Below the pieces are notes generated by a model, which worked only from the letters and a program-made list of their open reading frames with translations, was not told the DNA's origin and did no database searches. A stretch of DNA of 64,000 bases from Somniosus microcephalus (lineage: Eukaryota): the NCBI GenBank assembly GCA_052327205.1, contig CM126215.1, forward strand, positions 70,122,001 to 70,186,000, written 5' to 3'. How positions within the stretch are numbered: position 1 is the first letter of the stretch; each line of letters opens with the position of its first letter. This document shows positions 37,910-50,885 of this stretch, in pieces. Made by a program: the position numbers and the translations under genes.

Positions 37910-39672
37910 ATGGAGACAAGTCCTGGTGCAGGCAGTAAGAGCACGCAGGGACGTCCTCTTCCCTGGCGATTGATGAAAACGACCACCCAAAGAGACAAAA
38001 AGGGCATAGCTGGAGATCGCAGAAGAGGTCCGTAGCAGGGATGTCATGAGGAGGACATGGATCCAGTGCCGGAAAAGATTCAATGATCTCATGAGGTCAG
38101 GAAAAGTGAGTGCAATGTCACACTCACCTACATCCTGATGTGCATGTCACCCCAACCCCATTACTCTGCCTTCCCAAACCTACTCCTGCACATCATTCCT
38201 CACACCAACATACGTTGCACATCCACCCATCCCTCTCTATGTACCTACTCACATCCCCATCTGACTAACCACCACTGACACTCACTCTCATCCTAATGCA
38301 AGTAACACTACAGAAGGAGGCCATTTGGTAATGTCACAGCACTCCCTCATAGTCCCTTCTACAGATGGAGCCCATCCATTTCTTACACTCATTCCATCAC
38401 TCTTACTCAAAGTTCTCTTCATTCCCTACTTGCTGGAGAAGAGAGCACACATGACGGGGAGAGACAGAGAACCCAGAGGTGGCCCTCCCGTCTTCAGTCA
38501 TTTGACTCCAGCAGAGTAGGAGGCCCTAGAGATCTCTGGAGTTGCAGAGCTGCTGGTAGTCGGAGACAGAGAGAGGGGGACCTCCCAGCAACCTGGTGAC
38601 AGAATTACATCTCATACGGCCACATGGCATACAACAGTCACTCATATGATGACTGATGTTAGCATCCAGTGAAATGTCATCATGTGCATAATGGTAACGT
38701 TACCTATTCTTATGATAACACTTCTAATTCATCTCTTCACTCTCCCACAGGTCCATCAAGCCCCCCCACTGTCCAGCTACAGGAGGAAGATGACTCCTCC
38801 GAGGAAGCTCCATTCTCTGAGGGTGCACTGTCAGCAGACCCATGCGCAGCCAGTACTAACGCAGATATGCACACCTCGGTGGGTCCTGTGCGAGATATAG
38901 TAATGTTGTCACCTGGTGACTCTCACGTGAACAAGCACAGCTGGTGGAGACTCCTTGCCGGAGGGCGCAGGATGCTCCAAGCTCTGCTTGAGCTGCATGC
39001 AGATGCTGAACCTCTGTGGCCATCAAGAAAGAGGGTGTTCTTGGAGGGGCAGCAACAATTGCATGAGGCTCTGGCAGCTTTTGCAGCTGCAATGTCTACA
39101 AATGTGCAGAGAATGAAGGAGTCCATCTCCAACGTGAGCATCACTATGTCGCAGGAGATGGCGATGATGTGCTAGGTATGTTGGAAAGGATGGCCACCTG
39201 CATGGAGCAGCAAATGCGCCAGTCCAATGAGAACATGCTTGCTGTGGACAACAGATTGCAGACACTCATTGACCTCTTCTCGAGGAGGGATATAAACATA
39301 GACTTGGGCCTTCATTGCCCCACTGATGTGTCGCAAGGTGCTGTCCAGCTCCTTGCTAGCAGGGAAGTGCAGGTGGCCCATGAGAGGGATGATGTTGAGA
39401 GGGGACATGGAGGTGGGGGCTCTTCTCAAAGCGCTCCCACTTCTCCCCCTCAGTCAGAGCCCCACATGCTTCCTTGGATCCAGATGGCCGACTCTGTCCC
39501 TGCACAGTTGCAGGAGGGGCAATCTTTGTCGGGGTCCTCACAGGCTCCAAAACACAGAGGACGTCCGCCAAAAGTGTCAAAGCAGTCGCAGCAGGGAAGT
39601 GAGCAGCCTGCCTCTACCTCTGCTGAAGCCACAGGGGTTGCACCTCATAGAAGCACTCAGAAAAGAAAATGA
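37910..39672 (+). pseudogene. Harbinger Myb/SANT DNA-binding protein gene (spliced, decayed)
   Basis: EIAEEVRSRDVMRRTWIQCRKRFNDLMRSGK|GTGAG; downstream low-complexity exons ending RGRPPK..KRK. Confidence 0.75.
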
Positions 39673-39959
39673 CACAATCCTAGATGCACATGGGTGCATG
39701 AAAAAATGTTAGTGATAAGTTTTAGTTCTATTTATGACGTGCACAAATTTATTTCTTTGCACCACTTTCCATTTGTCCATTTTTGCCTGCTACCTGGCCT
39801 TGTCACTTGGAGCGAATGGTGAGACATTACTTAACCTTGAGCTTGGGCGGTTTGGGGAGAGGAATGGCTTGGTCATTGTAGGGCTGCTTTGTGGTGGTGT
39901 TGCGGGGCAGGGGGAACTTAGTACAGCATGTGGCAGCCATATGGGTGCACTGGAGCAAG

Positions 39960-42800
39960 TTAAGTAAATCTGGCCATTCCGGTCCACCTCCGGTTCGTCC
40001 TGATCCTCCTCCTCTGAAGAGGCTGTGTGTGCTGCGTCTTGCTCCTCCTGCAGCTCCAATCCTCACTGTTAGGCACTATGTTGTGCAGCGCGTAGCAAAT
40101 GACGATGATTCTGGAGACCCTGGCTGGTGCATACTGAAGGGCTCCTCCAGATCTGTCAAGGCATCTGAAATGCATCTTCAGCATGCCGATTGCTTGCTCT
40201 ATGATGCATCTGGTGGATATGTGGCTGCCATAATGCTCCTTGGCCTCAATACTTGGCCTACTCAAGGGTGTCATCAGCTACGTCTTCAGTGGATAGCCCG
40301 TCTCCAAGCAGCCAGCTGGTAAGTCTGTTTGGAGGTGCGAAGAGCTGAGGGAGGGGGGACTGGTGCAGCACAAAAGAGTCATGACAGCTGCCAGGGAATC
40401 TGGCACACACATGCAGGATGATCTTTTTATATATAAAATAACAACAGAAAATGCTGGAAAAACTCAGCAAGTCAGGCAACATCCGTGGAGAGAAATTTGA
40501 GTTGACGTTTCGGGTTTGACCCTTCTTCAAAACTGGAGAGAAAAGGAACTAGATCGAAGGCAGGGCTGCGATCGGACAAAAGAATAAAAGAACCAAAAGA
40601 AGTAAAAGAGATTAGAAGCTAGACGAGATGGTAATAGGCTGTGATTAGGTGTAAAGTGTACTGGCAGGGCAAAAGATAGCTGCCAGGTGTGAGAGAGAAA
40701 CAAAAGGAAAGGGGGGGGGGGGAAAGGAGTGGAAAAATATAAGTGAAAATGAAATGGGGGCCGAGCTTATGATCTGAAATTGTTGAACTCGATATTGAGA
40801 CCGGAAGGCTGCAGACTGCCTAATCGGAAGATGAGGTGCTGTTCCTCGAGTTTACGTTGAGCTTCCGTGGAACAGTACAAGAGGCCAAGGACGGTGAGGT
40901 CCGAGTGGGAATTGAAATGACAGGCGACCGGAAGCTCGGGGTCACCCTTACGGACTGAACGGAGGTGTTCCGCAAAGCGGTCACCCAATCTGCGTTTGGT
41001 CTCCCCAATGTAGAGGAGACCGCATCGTGAGCAGCGAATACAGTATACTAGATTGCGAGAAGTACAAGTAAATCGCTGTTTCACCTGGAAGGGGTGTTTG
41101 GGGCCCTGGACAGTGGGGAGGGGGGAGGTATAGGGGCAGGTGTTACATCTCCTCCGCTTGCACGGGAAGGTGGCAGGCGAAGGGGAAGGGCTGTTTGGGG
41201 TGATAGAGGAGTGGACTAGGGTGTCTCGGAGAGAGCGGTCCCTGCGGAATGCTGAAAGGGGAGGGGAGGGGAAGATACGTTTGGTGGTGGGATCACTTTG
41301 GAGGTAGCGGAAATGCCGGAGGATGATCCGTTGAATGTGGAGGCTGGTGGGGTGAAAGGTGAGGACAAGGGGAACCCTATCGTGGTTCCGGGAGGGAGGG
41401 GCAGGGGTGAGGGCAGAGGTGCGGGAGATAGAACTGACACGGTCGAGGGCAGTGTCAACCACGGTAGAGGGGAATCCTCGGTTGCGGAAAAAGGAGGACA
41501 TGTCTGAAGCACTGGTGTGGAAGGTGGCATCGTCGGAGCAGATACGGCGGAGGCGGAGAAACTGGGAGAATGGAATAGAGTCCTTACAGGAAGCGGGGTG
41601 GGAGAAAGTGTAGTCCAGGTAGCTGTGGGAGTCAGTGGGCTTGTAGTAAATATTGGTCGATAACCTATCCCCAGAGATGGAGACGGAGAAGTCGAGGAAG
41701 GGAAGGGAAGAGTCAGAGATGGACCATGTGAAGGTGAGGGAAGGGTGGAAATTGGAGGCAAAGTGAATCAAATTGTCAAGTTCGGGGCGAGAGCAGGAAA
41801 CGGCACCGATACAGTCATCAATGTATCGGAAAAAGAGGTGAGGGAGGGGACCCGAGTAGGACTGGAACAAAGATTGTTCCACATAGCCCACGAAAAGGCA
41901 GGCATAGCTAGGACCCATGCGGGTACCCATGGCAACACCTTTGATTTGGAGGAAATGAGTGGAGTTAAAGGAGAAGTTGTTCAATGTGAGAACAAGTTCA
42001 GCCAGGCGGAGGAGGGTCGTGGTGGATGGGGACTGGTCGGGCCTCTGTTCGAGGAAGAAGCGGAGTGCCCTCAGGCCATCGGGGTGGGGGATGGAGGTGT
42101 AGAGGGATTGTACGTCCATGGTGAAAAGGAAGCGGTTGGGGCCAGGAAACTGGAAACTGTTAAAGTGGCGGAGGGCGTCCGAAGAGTCGCGGATGTAGGT
42201 GGGAAGAGACTGGACAAGGGGAGAAAAGATAGAGTCAAGATAGGAAGAGATAAGTTCCGTAGGGCAAGAACAGGCTGAAACGATGGGTCTACCAGGGCAG
42301 TCCTGTTTGTGGATCTTGGGAAGGAGGTAGAAGCGGGCTGTGCGGGGTTGGGGAACTATGAGGTTGGTGGCAGCGGGGGGAAGATCTCCAGAGGAGATGA
42401 GGTCAGTGACAGTCTTGGAAACGGTGGTTTGATGTTCGGTAGTGGGGTCATGGTCCAGGTGGAGGTAGGAGCAGGTGTCGGAGAGTTGGCGTTCAGCTTC
42501 CGCTAGGTAGAGGTCAGTACGCCAAACAACAACAGCACCACCCTTGTCAGCGGGTTTAATGACAATGTCAGGGTTGGATCTAAGAGAATGGAGTGCTGCA
42601 AGTTCAGAGGGAGGTAGGTTGGAGTGAGTGAGGGGAGCAGAGAAATGGAGACGGCCGATGTCACGGCGGCAGTTAGCGATGAAAAGATCTAGAGAGGGTA
42701 AGAGGCCAGGGGGAGGGGTCCAGGTAGAATGGGAATTCTGCAAGCGGGAGAAAGGATCTTTTTATGGTTGCAGACGAACTGCACATTGAGGGGGTGGAAG
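39960..42800 (-). pseudogene. Harbinger DDE nuclease (HARBI1-like) C-terminal half, split by a Penelope element
   Basis: [62 protein letters not shown]. Confidence 0.85.
40431..42754 (-). mobile_element. Neptune-type Penelope-like element, 5'-truncated, open RT-GIY-YIG frame (40767-42743)
   Basis: IKPADKGG, LPKIHK..GRPI, GVAMG, YIDD, CKRRRCNTC, YIGET; near-identical to the 14-17 kb copy except a 12-nt in-frame deletion; TSD GATCTTTTTAT (40420-40430 / 42755-42765). Confidence 0.95.
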
Positions 42801-43523
42801 TCAAAACCTAATGTTAAAAACCCTCTTGAGGGTCTCTCAACACGCATTTAAATACTTCAATGAGGTCGCCCGCCTCTCCCGAGCGGGTCTGTGGCGCGCT
42901 GGGAAACACGCCCAAATTAAATGCGGAAAACAGAGAAGATAGGAGTAGACCATTCGGCCCCTCGAGCCTATTCTGCCATTTAATGAGATCATGGCTGATC
43001 ATCCAAATTATTCAAATTAAGAACCCTGTCCCTGCTTTCTCCCCATATCCCTTGATCCCTTTAGCCTTAAGAAATATATCTAACTCCTTCTTGAATATAT
43101 TTAATGAATTGGCCTCCACTGCCTTCTGTGGTAGAGAATTCCACAGGTTCACCACTCTCTGGGTGAAGAAATTCCTCCTCATCTCTGTCCTAAATGGCTT
43201 ACCCCTTATCTTTAGACTGACTTCGCTGCACTCCCTCCATGGCAAGAACATCCTTCCTCAGATAAGGTGACCAAAACTGCACACAATACTCAAGGTGTGG
43301 TCTCGCCAAGGCCCTGTACAACTGCAGCAAGACATCCTTGCTCCTGTACTCGAATCCTCTCGCTATGAAGACCAACATACCATTTGCCTTCTTAACCGCC
43401 TGCTGCACCTGCATGCTTACCCTTCAGCGACTGGTGCACAAGGACACCCAGGACTCGTTGCACTTCCCCTTCTCCCAATCTATTGCCGTTCAAATAATAA
43501 TCTGCCTTCCTGTTTTTGCCACC

Positions 43524-44021
43524 GAAATCAAATCAAATCAAATGAAATCAACTTTTATTGTCATTGTTAGTGCACAAGTGCAGTACAAAGAAATGTAGGC
43601 TTGCGGCTCCCGAGAGTGTACATTTAGATTAAGACATTTAAACATTCAACATACATTTGGCTTGTAATACATTAAAATAAACATAACCATAATAAAGTGC
43701 ATTGGCAGATGTGCAGGCTTTAGAGTTTATTTGTGGAGTTCAGTAGGATGACAGCCCTGCGAAAGAAGCTGTTCCTAAATCTGGTCGTGCGGGTGCGAAT
43801 GCATCTGTAGCGCCTCCCAGATGGCAGGAGGGTGAACAGACTGTGGCTGGGGTGGGTAGGGTCTTTGATGATGGACCGTGACCGCCGTAAACAGCGTTTC
43901 TGGTATATGTGCTCTATGGTCGGTAGCCGGGTGCCGGTAATGCGTTGGGCAGTTTTGACTACCCGCTGCAGGGCTTTCCGGTCATAGTAGCTACAGCTGC
44001 CATACCATACAGTGATACAGT
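43524..44021 (-). mobile_element. Rex1/Babar LINE 3' fragment with (GATTT)n tail
   Basis: YCITVWYG..RKALQRVVKTAQRI..DPTHPSHSLFTLLPSGRRYR..RFRNSFF; tail AAATC repeats at 43525-43550. Confidence 0.85.
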
Positions 44022-47000
44022 ATTTATCCACATTATACTGCATCTGCCATGCATCTGCCCAATCACCCAACCTGTCCAAATCATGCTGGAGTTTCTCTGC
44101 ATCCTCCTCACAGCACACACACCCACCCAGCTTTGTGTCGTCTGCAAACTTGGAGCTATTGGGCTGGATTTTCATTCAGGAGTCGGGTAGGAGGCGGGAC
44201 TACAACTTTCGGGGTTGTAGTCCCGCCTCCATCGAGATGCAGCCAATCCACGCGATTTTAACTTGATTCTCCTTGTTGAGCCCCCCCAGCGGGCTCAGCA
44301 GGCCAATTAAGGGCCACCCGGCAACAGGTGACGTCACAGACTGAAATTTCATCTGTCAAGAGGTTTTGACAGATGAAATATCAGTGTTGCACAGCTGTTT
44401 GAAGCTGTCAAACACTGACAGTCTTCTAACCTGAGTCCTTCTCCACAGACTCAGTTAGAAATCTCTCCTACACAGTGTTAGATCCGTGTGTTAATGGAGA
44501 CATGGAATGCAGGAGTTGATTTAACAAGTGTTTACTCAACAAAGTCTGGAGGTGAACTAACTACACAAGACGCTACACAGGCTTATATACCCGAGTGGTC
44601 ACTACTGGTACTACAGTATACAGGGGCTTCAAAAACATAGTTCCTCTTAAAGGTACATACACTACAATTCCTCCCCTTTTAGATAAATAGTACATAACAT
44701 TTTAAGTAATCATTAAATAACATTTTTACAAGAACAATAATATACACATTTGCTGAAGTTAATCAATTACAAATTCAGTCTCTCTGGAGGCTTCCTGACT
44801 CTGTCCGGATAACGCCTCGGTGGTGTAGTAGGTTCTTTTGGCAAGGTCGATTCGGCTTCAATGCCAGTGTCGGGTTCATCTGGTTCCAGTATCACCGGAT
44901 CGGAGGTACGCAAACAAGAAGTTATCTACCTTGTTGTAGATTTATGTCTTCATTACCCATGGCCTTTATGGCCGCCTTGAAGGTCTGGACAAACCTTTCA
45001 GCCAATCCATTGGTGGCGGGATGGTATGGGGCGGACGTGTAGTGCTTAACCCCATTGTTTTTTAAGAACTTCCTGAATTCTTCGGATACAAATTGCGGTC
45101 CATTATCAGAACAGATCTGTTCAGGCAGCCCATTCCTGGCGAATATGGTCCTTAATACTGTGATGGCTTTTTCCGTGGTGGTGGAGGACATCTTTATTAC
45201 CTCCGGCCACTTGGAGTGTGCATCAACCGCGATTAAGAACATTGAGTCCATAAATGGACCAGCAAAGTCGATATGTACCCTTTGCTATGGAGATGAGGGC
45301 CACTCCCATGGATGTAGAGGGGCTTGTCGTGGGGCGTTTTGGACCTTCTGGCATCCTAGACAGCTCTTGGTCATTTCTTCGATGTTTCCATCGATACCTG
45401 GCCACCACACAAACGCTCTGGCTAAGTTCTTCATTTTCACTCCACCCAGATGCCCCTCGTGAAGCTCCTTTAGCACTCTATCCTTGAGTTTGGGTGGAAT
45501 CACCACTCTGGATCCACACATCAAGGTTCCTCGGCACACTGACAGCTGTTCTCTTTGCGAGAATGCTAGCAACAGTGGTTCGCCATGTGCTGGCCATCCC
45601 TTCACCGTTAAATCGTAGACTCGTGAGAGAGTCGGGTCATTTTGCGTTTCCTTTTCAATGGTAGAATTTGTCACCGGTAGACATTCCACTATGGTCGAGT
45701 GGAATATCTCCAATGGGTCCACTGTAGGCGCCTCTTCCACCGTTGGCAACGGTAGGCGCGATAACCCGTCAGCATTCCCATGCTGTTTTGTTCCTTTGTA
45801 CTCTATGTCATATTGGTGTGCCCCTAGGAACAGGGACCACCTCTGTAGCCTTTGTGCTGTCATAATGGGAACGCCCTTTTTAGGGTTGAATATGGAGACG
45901 AGGGGTTGATGGTCAGTCAACAAGGTAAATTTTTGTCCGTGTAGGTAATGGTTGAATTTCTTCACCCCCCACACCAGGCTGAGTGCCTCCCTGTCGATCT
46001 GGGCATAGTTGCGCTCAGCTGAGTTCAATGAGCGTGACGCAAAAGCTATCGGCCGCTCTGAGCCATCTGGGAATCTATGCGATAATACCGCTCCCACGCA
46101 TTAAGGGGATGCATCGCACGCCAGTCTGATTGGCAGTGATGGGTTGTAATGAGCCAACACTTCCCTGGACGTGATCAAGCCTTTGCATTTATGGAAGGCA
46201 CGTTTACAGTCTTTGCTCCATTTCCAAACTACTCCCGTTTGTAGCAGTGCGTTAAGCGGGTGCAGAACCGTCGACAAGTTTGGTAAAAATTTATGATAGT
46301 AATTTACTAATCCCAGGAACTGTAGTGTATGTACCCGTCTACCTTTAAGAGAACTATTGTATGTAACCGTTCACCTTTAAGAGAACTATTTTAGGTGTGG
46401 CACTACTTTGTTTGGCTTCTGTATACTGTAATACCGACGGTGACCACACCAGTATATAAGTGTTGTGTCAGGATTTATTGGGCAGATTCGCCCTGACCTT
46501 CGAATAGTAAAGTCCTGTTTTAAGTTACTCTGGTAGTCTGTGTATTAATTAACTAAACAACCCACAGACTTTACAGTGGCGACGAGTCCGATCGTACCCT
46601 GCGGCAACAATACTTCCGAAGCAGTTAACGAGCGTCGAGAAGAGGCAACCGCCCTCGTCGCTCTGCTGGGAGAAAACTCGAGGCTGCAGAACTAGAAAGG
46701 AGGAAGAATTTAGAGACAAAGACTTCCATCAGCAACAGGGCACTGACTGTCCCTTCTGCCACGGTGAGGAGTGAGCCGATCAGCACGAGAAGCAAGGCGG
46801 CCACGGTGACTGTGAGTAAGGGAAAGTAAAAAGAATAACCGGAGGATAAGGGCGGTGCACTCGACCACGGTCGAGGGGGAAAGGAGCCGGACAGAAGTCG
46901 GGTCCAGAGGCGCTGAGACTGGGGCAGCGTGGAGCAAGGAAGCCGTGGTACAGACAGGCTGGGGGACGCAACGGCGTCGTGAGACAGCTAGACCGCGACC

Positions 47001-47134
47001 GGCGAAAAAGGCCGGGCAGCGACCGAAGCCACGAAGCGCTGCGACCGGGAGCGTAGGCGCGGGAAGATATAAAAACTCAGCCGCAGCCGGGGAGGGAAGC
47101 ACCGGACTGCGAGAGGGCTGGGAGGCGCGATTGG

Positions 47135-47347
47135 GAGCCGAGCGAGCGGGAGAGGCAGAGCCGACCAAGGGAGACTGAGCGAGAGCCAGTCCAGCGGCTG
47201 AAACTGTTCTCCGTCAACGGGGTGTACCCAGCGCCGGTAGAGCCGAGCGAGTGGGAGAGAGACAGAGCCCGAGCAAGGGAGACTGAGCGAGAGCCAGTCC
47301 AGCGGCTGAAACTGTTCTCCGTCAACGGGGTGTACCCAGCGCCGGTT
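47135..47347 (+). repeat. ~108-bp tandem duplication in the LTR-element leader
   Basis: CAAGGGAGACTGAGCGAGAGCC..GTACCCAGCGCCGGT at 47166 and 47274. Confidence 0.9.
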
Positions 47348-47628
47348 GCCCTGCCAAGAAAAGGGAAAGCACTGAAGCCGATGCGGAGGCTGTGAACCTG
47401 AAAGCCAGCGGCCGTCGCCCGTGGGGAAAGTGTACCCCTCCCGCCAGGGGAAGAAACGTGGGAAGCCGCCATTAGGCGGAGAAGAAGACAGAAGCAGGGA
47501 ACCGCCATTGAAGTGGGCGGGGAGAGAAGATAAGCGCGGGAAACCGCCATTTTTGCGGGAACCGCCATCTTGGAAAAAAAAAGAAAATTTAAAGAAATAA
47601 TCCGTGGTGTTATCAGGAAGAGAGGAAG

Positions 47629-50466
47629 ATGCCTAAGCATGGTAACATCAACGATTTTAATTCCGAGGTAGAAGACTGGGCCATGTATGTGGAACGCATT
47701 GAGATCTATGGTGAGGCCAATAAAATAGAAGAAGATGACAAAGCTATAACCTTGCTAAACTCGATGGGCGTGAAGACATACGGGCTCTTGAAGCATCTAC
47801 TATCACCAGCTAAACCGGCGGATCAGACTTTCGATGATATTGTGGCTGTTCTGAAGGATCACTTGAGCCCCACACCGTTGATGTTGGCGGAACGATTCAA
47901 ATTCTATGCGAGAACGCAACGGAAAGACGAAAGCAACACAGAATACTTGGTCGAACTGCGTAGACTAGCGAAATACTGCCAGTTTGGAGGGAATCTGACA
48001 GAGGCATTGCGAGACAAGTTCGTGTGCGGATTGGCAAAGGAAGGAACGCAAAAGCGACTACTCGAAGAGAACGACCTTACACTTGACAGGGCTGTCCTTA
48101 TTGCAGCATCGCACGAAGCCGCAGCGAAGGGAACTGCGGAAATGCAGCTAAAGACAGCGGCACTCAGTGTGGATCAAATTACCTCGACAATAACAAAACG
48201 TTATCGTTGTGGGAAGACAACACACGACCAGAACCAATGCTGGTTTAAGAACCAGGAATGTAGGAAATGTGGCAAACTGGGTCACATAGCTAAGGTATGC
48301 CGGTCAGGGAAGAAGACCAACAACCAAAGGACCAACAACCAAAGGAAGCCATCACAGGAAAAGTACAACAAGGTACACAAGGTGGCTGAGAAGAGTTCAG
48401 ACGAACAGAATTCGGACTCAGACCCAAACGGCCAGGAGCTGGGTAGTCTGAGAATTCACAATGTGAGTAAGGAAGCTGACCTACAAACTATCTGGGTCAT
48501 GCTAAAAATAGCTGGAGTCCAAGTGAAAATGGAGTTGGACACTGGATCAGCTCTATCAGTCATAAATCGAAGGGATTACCACCAGCTATTCTCACATATA
48601 CCCTTAAGAGATACCAAGTTCGTATTGCAGACATACACGGGGCATAAAGTATACCCCATGGGAAAGATAAGAGTCAAGGTGAGAGATAGGGGTAAAGAAC
48701 ACCCAAGAATGAACTTATACGTACTACCTGAGGGAGGACCACCACTTCTAGGACGGGAGTGGATCAAGAAAATAGACATGGAATGGCACTACCTAAAAGC
48801 CATAACGAGTGAGGACTCGGTGCAGACAATCAGCTCAGATTCTGAATCGGATGACGATAAGACCAACCCAAATGTGAAAGACAAGGCTAAAATGGACTTG
48901 CCGACTAAGGTTGGAAAAACGAAGGCATGCAGAAAGGCTTATGCTCCAGAGAAGAACAAAGTTTCAGAACAGATCTCCACCGAACAACGACAACATAGTT
49001 TGACAGAGAATTCTGAGTCTGTTCAGTTTAAGGACATATCCATGACGGAAGAACACCGAGCTCGGACTCAACTTTATTTCAAATTACGACAACAATTAGA
49101 ACAATTGAGTTACCATCTCGTACAAGAGATGAAAACAATGAAAAAGTTCTATGACACCGAATGGGAGAATCTGGAAAGACAACAGAAGCAGCTAGCTCAA
49201 GCAGAGAGCGACCACAGAGCCATCGTGACCAATCACCGATCACATCTCCCTTATGATGTTCAGGAGTTAGAATATTTGCAGAAAGAAGCAAATGAAGAGG
49301 AATCTTCAGGAAGCCAGGATTTTATTCCAGTTCTTCTCTACGACTCCTTACAAGCAGAGTTTGAGAAGTTGAAGGAACAGTATGAACAGGCCCAGGCTAC
49401 AATCCTGGAGGGGGTTAACTCGGCAACCTCCGAAAAGCTAGTTTCAGTGGAAGCTTATGAGCAACTAAAGGTTGAACATGAGCAAGAAGTCCAAAGGCTG
49501 CAGGAAATTCTTGATGCGCTCAAGGCCAAGACTGACTCATCGGTAGAAGTTCCATCCATAGATGAGAAATTAGAGGTGAAAGACATGGCAGAACATGAAA
49601 GTCAAGATGTCCAAGAGCTCATAAAAATATTGAAGGAAACCCAAGACAAATATGAGGCGGCAATGACCGAGGTTCAACAACTTGAAGAACAGATTCAACT
49701 GGGAATTCTTTCAGTGAAAGAAAAGGCAACTGTAAGAAACACAGAGACTGTAAGAATGGCCCCTAAACATGAGCTAGAGAGCATCAAGGCGCAACTTCTC
49801 CGAGCGCTTAAAGCCAAAGTACAAGAGGAAAAAAAGGTGAAAGCATTGGAGGGAAAGGTGGATGAAATGGAGAAGACTCTGATCCACAGGGTCCCCGTGG
49901 AAGAGTTAACGGTCAGCCAACTCCTTCATATGCTGAGAGACAAGACTCTGCAATGGGAACCATTTGAACACGAGCTTCAATCTTCAAAGGGAAGGGGTTC
50001 GGAGCTCTCAAAAGTTTGGGGAATAGTTGAGGTTGCAACACAGATTTTACGGGGCTGCCGAAAGTACGCTGAATCACGTCAATGTGAACTACAGAATGTT
50101 GAAACAGCTGCTCCAGTAGAAGGATTGAATAGCCCGATCAATCAATCCCCGATGGAAGGGGAAGTATTGGAATCACAAATGAGGTCATTAGTGAAGGATT
50201 GGCAGGAAACCCAGGAAGAGCGGGATGAATATGAACGCATGAAGAAGTCTCTTCAGGAAAGATGTCTAGGGAGGGAACAACAGTCGGCTAACGTCCAGTT
50301 GGGTAAAGAAGAAGTAGCAGGCCCTCTCGCTAGACTAGCTCAGGACGACACCGAATATTACCATGACCTGTTGAGTGACACGGAATATTACGATGACTTG
50401 GTCTGCCCAGCTAGTGATGAAAACTCCCAAAGTGCAGAAATCAGGATGAAGCACTTAAAAGTCTAA
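47629..50466 (+). CDS. 945-aa Gag-protease-coiled-coil fusion protein (STK10/SLK-like and ANKRD24/UACA-like segments)
   Basis: Uninterrupted ORF: Gag (ERFKF..LRDKFVCGL), knuckle CRKCGKLGHIAKVC, protease LDTGSA..LLGREW, then EEHRARTQL..KKFYDTEWENLERQQKQ and IPVLLYDSLQAEFEKLKEQY. Confidence 0.85.
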   Translation: MPKHGNINDFNSEVEDWAMYVERIEIYGEANKIEEDDKAITLLNSMGVKTYGLLKHLLSPAKPADQTFDDIVAVLKDHLSPTPLMLAERFKFYARTQRKDESNTEYLVELRRLAKYCQFGGNLTEALRDKFVCGLAKEGTQKRLLEENDLTLDRAVLIAASHEAAAKGTAEMQLKTAALSVDQITSTITKRYRCGKTTHDQNQCWFKNQECRKCGKLGHIAKVCRSGKKTNNQRTNNQRKPSQEKYNKVHKVAEKSSDEQNSDSDPNGQELGSLRIHNVSKEADLQTIWVMLKIAGVQVKMELDTGSALSVINRRDYHQLFSHIPLRDTKFVLQTYTGHKVYPMGKIRVKVRDRGKEHPRMNLYVLPEGGPPLLGREWIKKIDMEWHYLKAITSEDSVQTISSDSESDDDKTNPNVKDKAKMDLPTKVGKTKACRKAYAPEKNKVSEQISTEQRQHSLTENSESVQFKDISMTEEHRARTQLYFKLRQQLEQLSYHLVQEMKTMKKFYDTEWENLERQQKQLAQAESDHRAIVTNHRSHLPYDVQELEYLQKEANEEESSGSQDFIPVLLYDSLQAEFEKLKEQYEQAQATILEGVNSATSEKLVSVEAYEQLKVEHEQEVQRLQEILDALKAKTDSSVEVPSIDEKLEVKDMAEHESQDVQELIKILKETQDKYEAAMTEVQQLEEQIQLGILSVKEKATVRNTETVRMAPKHELESIKAQLLRALKAKVQEEKKVKALEGKVDEMEKTLIHRVPVEELTVSQLLHMLRDKTLQWEPFEHELQSSKGRGSELSKVWGIVEVATQILRGCRKYAESRQCELQNVETAAPVEGLNSPINQSPMEGEVLESQMRSLVKDWQETQEERDEYERMKKSLQERCLGREQQSANVQLGKEEVAGPLARLAQDDTEYYHDLLSDTEYYDDLVCPASDENSQSAEIRMKHLKV

Positions 50467-50803
50467 GGAACATAGGGAGATGGTGGCGCTACAGCTGGCA
50501 GCGGATAAGGGAGCCCCGAGAGTCTCCAAGAAGCAGAAAAGAAAAAGACGAAGCAGAAGACGATAACCATCTAAATCATTATCACTTCTATCAGATCATG
50601 CACGTGGGCCCTACGAAGGGGGCCAAATCAGTTGGAAAGTAGGAAAAATTACCAAGGCAGTCCAGCTGTTTGTAAAAGTCAGCACTGCTGGTTCAGCAGG
50701 ACGGAAGTTCAAGCTGTTAAGCCAAGGGAAAGACTATTGGATGAGTCACGCTAGAAATGTGAACCGGCTACACCACAGAGATGTTGTTCGGACCGAGTCA
50801 AGA

Positions 50804-50885
50804 CCAGAGACTGAATCTGTGAACTGTTCCCGCAGAGACTGAATCTGTGAACTGTTTCCCGCAGAGACTATATCTGTGAATTGTT
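50804..50885 (+). repeat. Three ~28-bp repeats (CAGAGACTGAATCTGTGAACTGTT) derived from the integrase stop region
   Basis: Matches the outer element's ..ERLNL* end (44768-44790, minus). Confidence 0.8.

Noticed and set aside
43720-44175. 151-aa ORF as a novel RT
   Set aside because: Chance in-frame fusion of MITE edge, CR1 RT and Rex1 C-terminus created by nested insertions.
47629-50466. C-terminal half as a retroviral Env
   Set aside because: No signal peptide, transmembrane helix or furin/fusion-peptide pattern; acidic heptad-rich sequence fits host coiled-coil proteins.
50804-50885. Short regularly spaced repeats as a CRISPR-like array
   Set aside because: No unique spacers, eukaryotic context; tandem copies of the integrase stop region.
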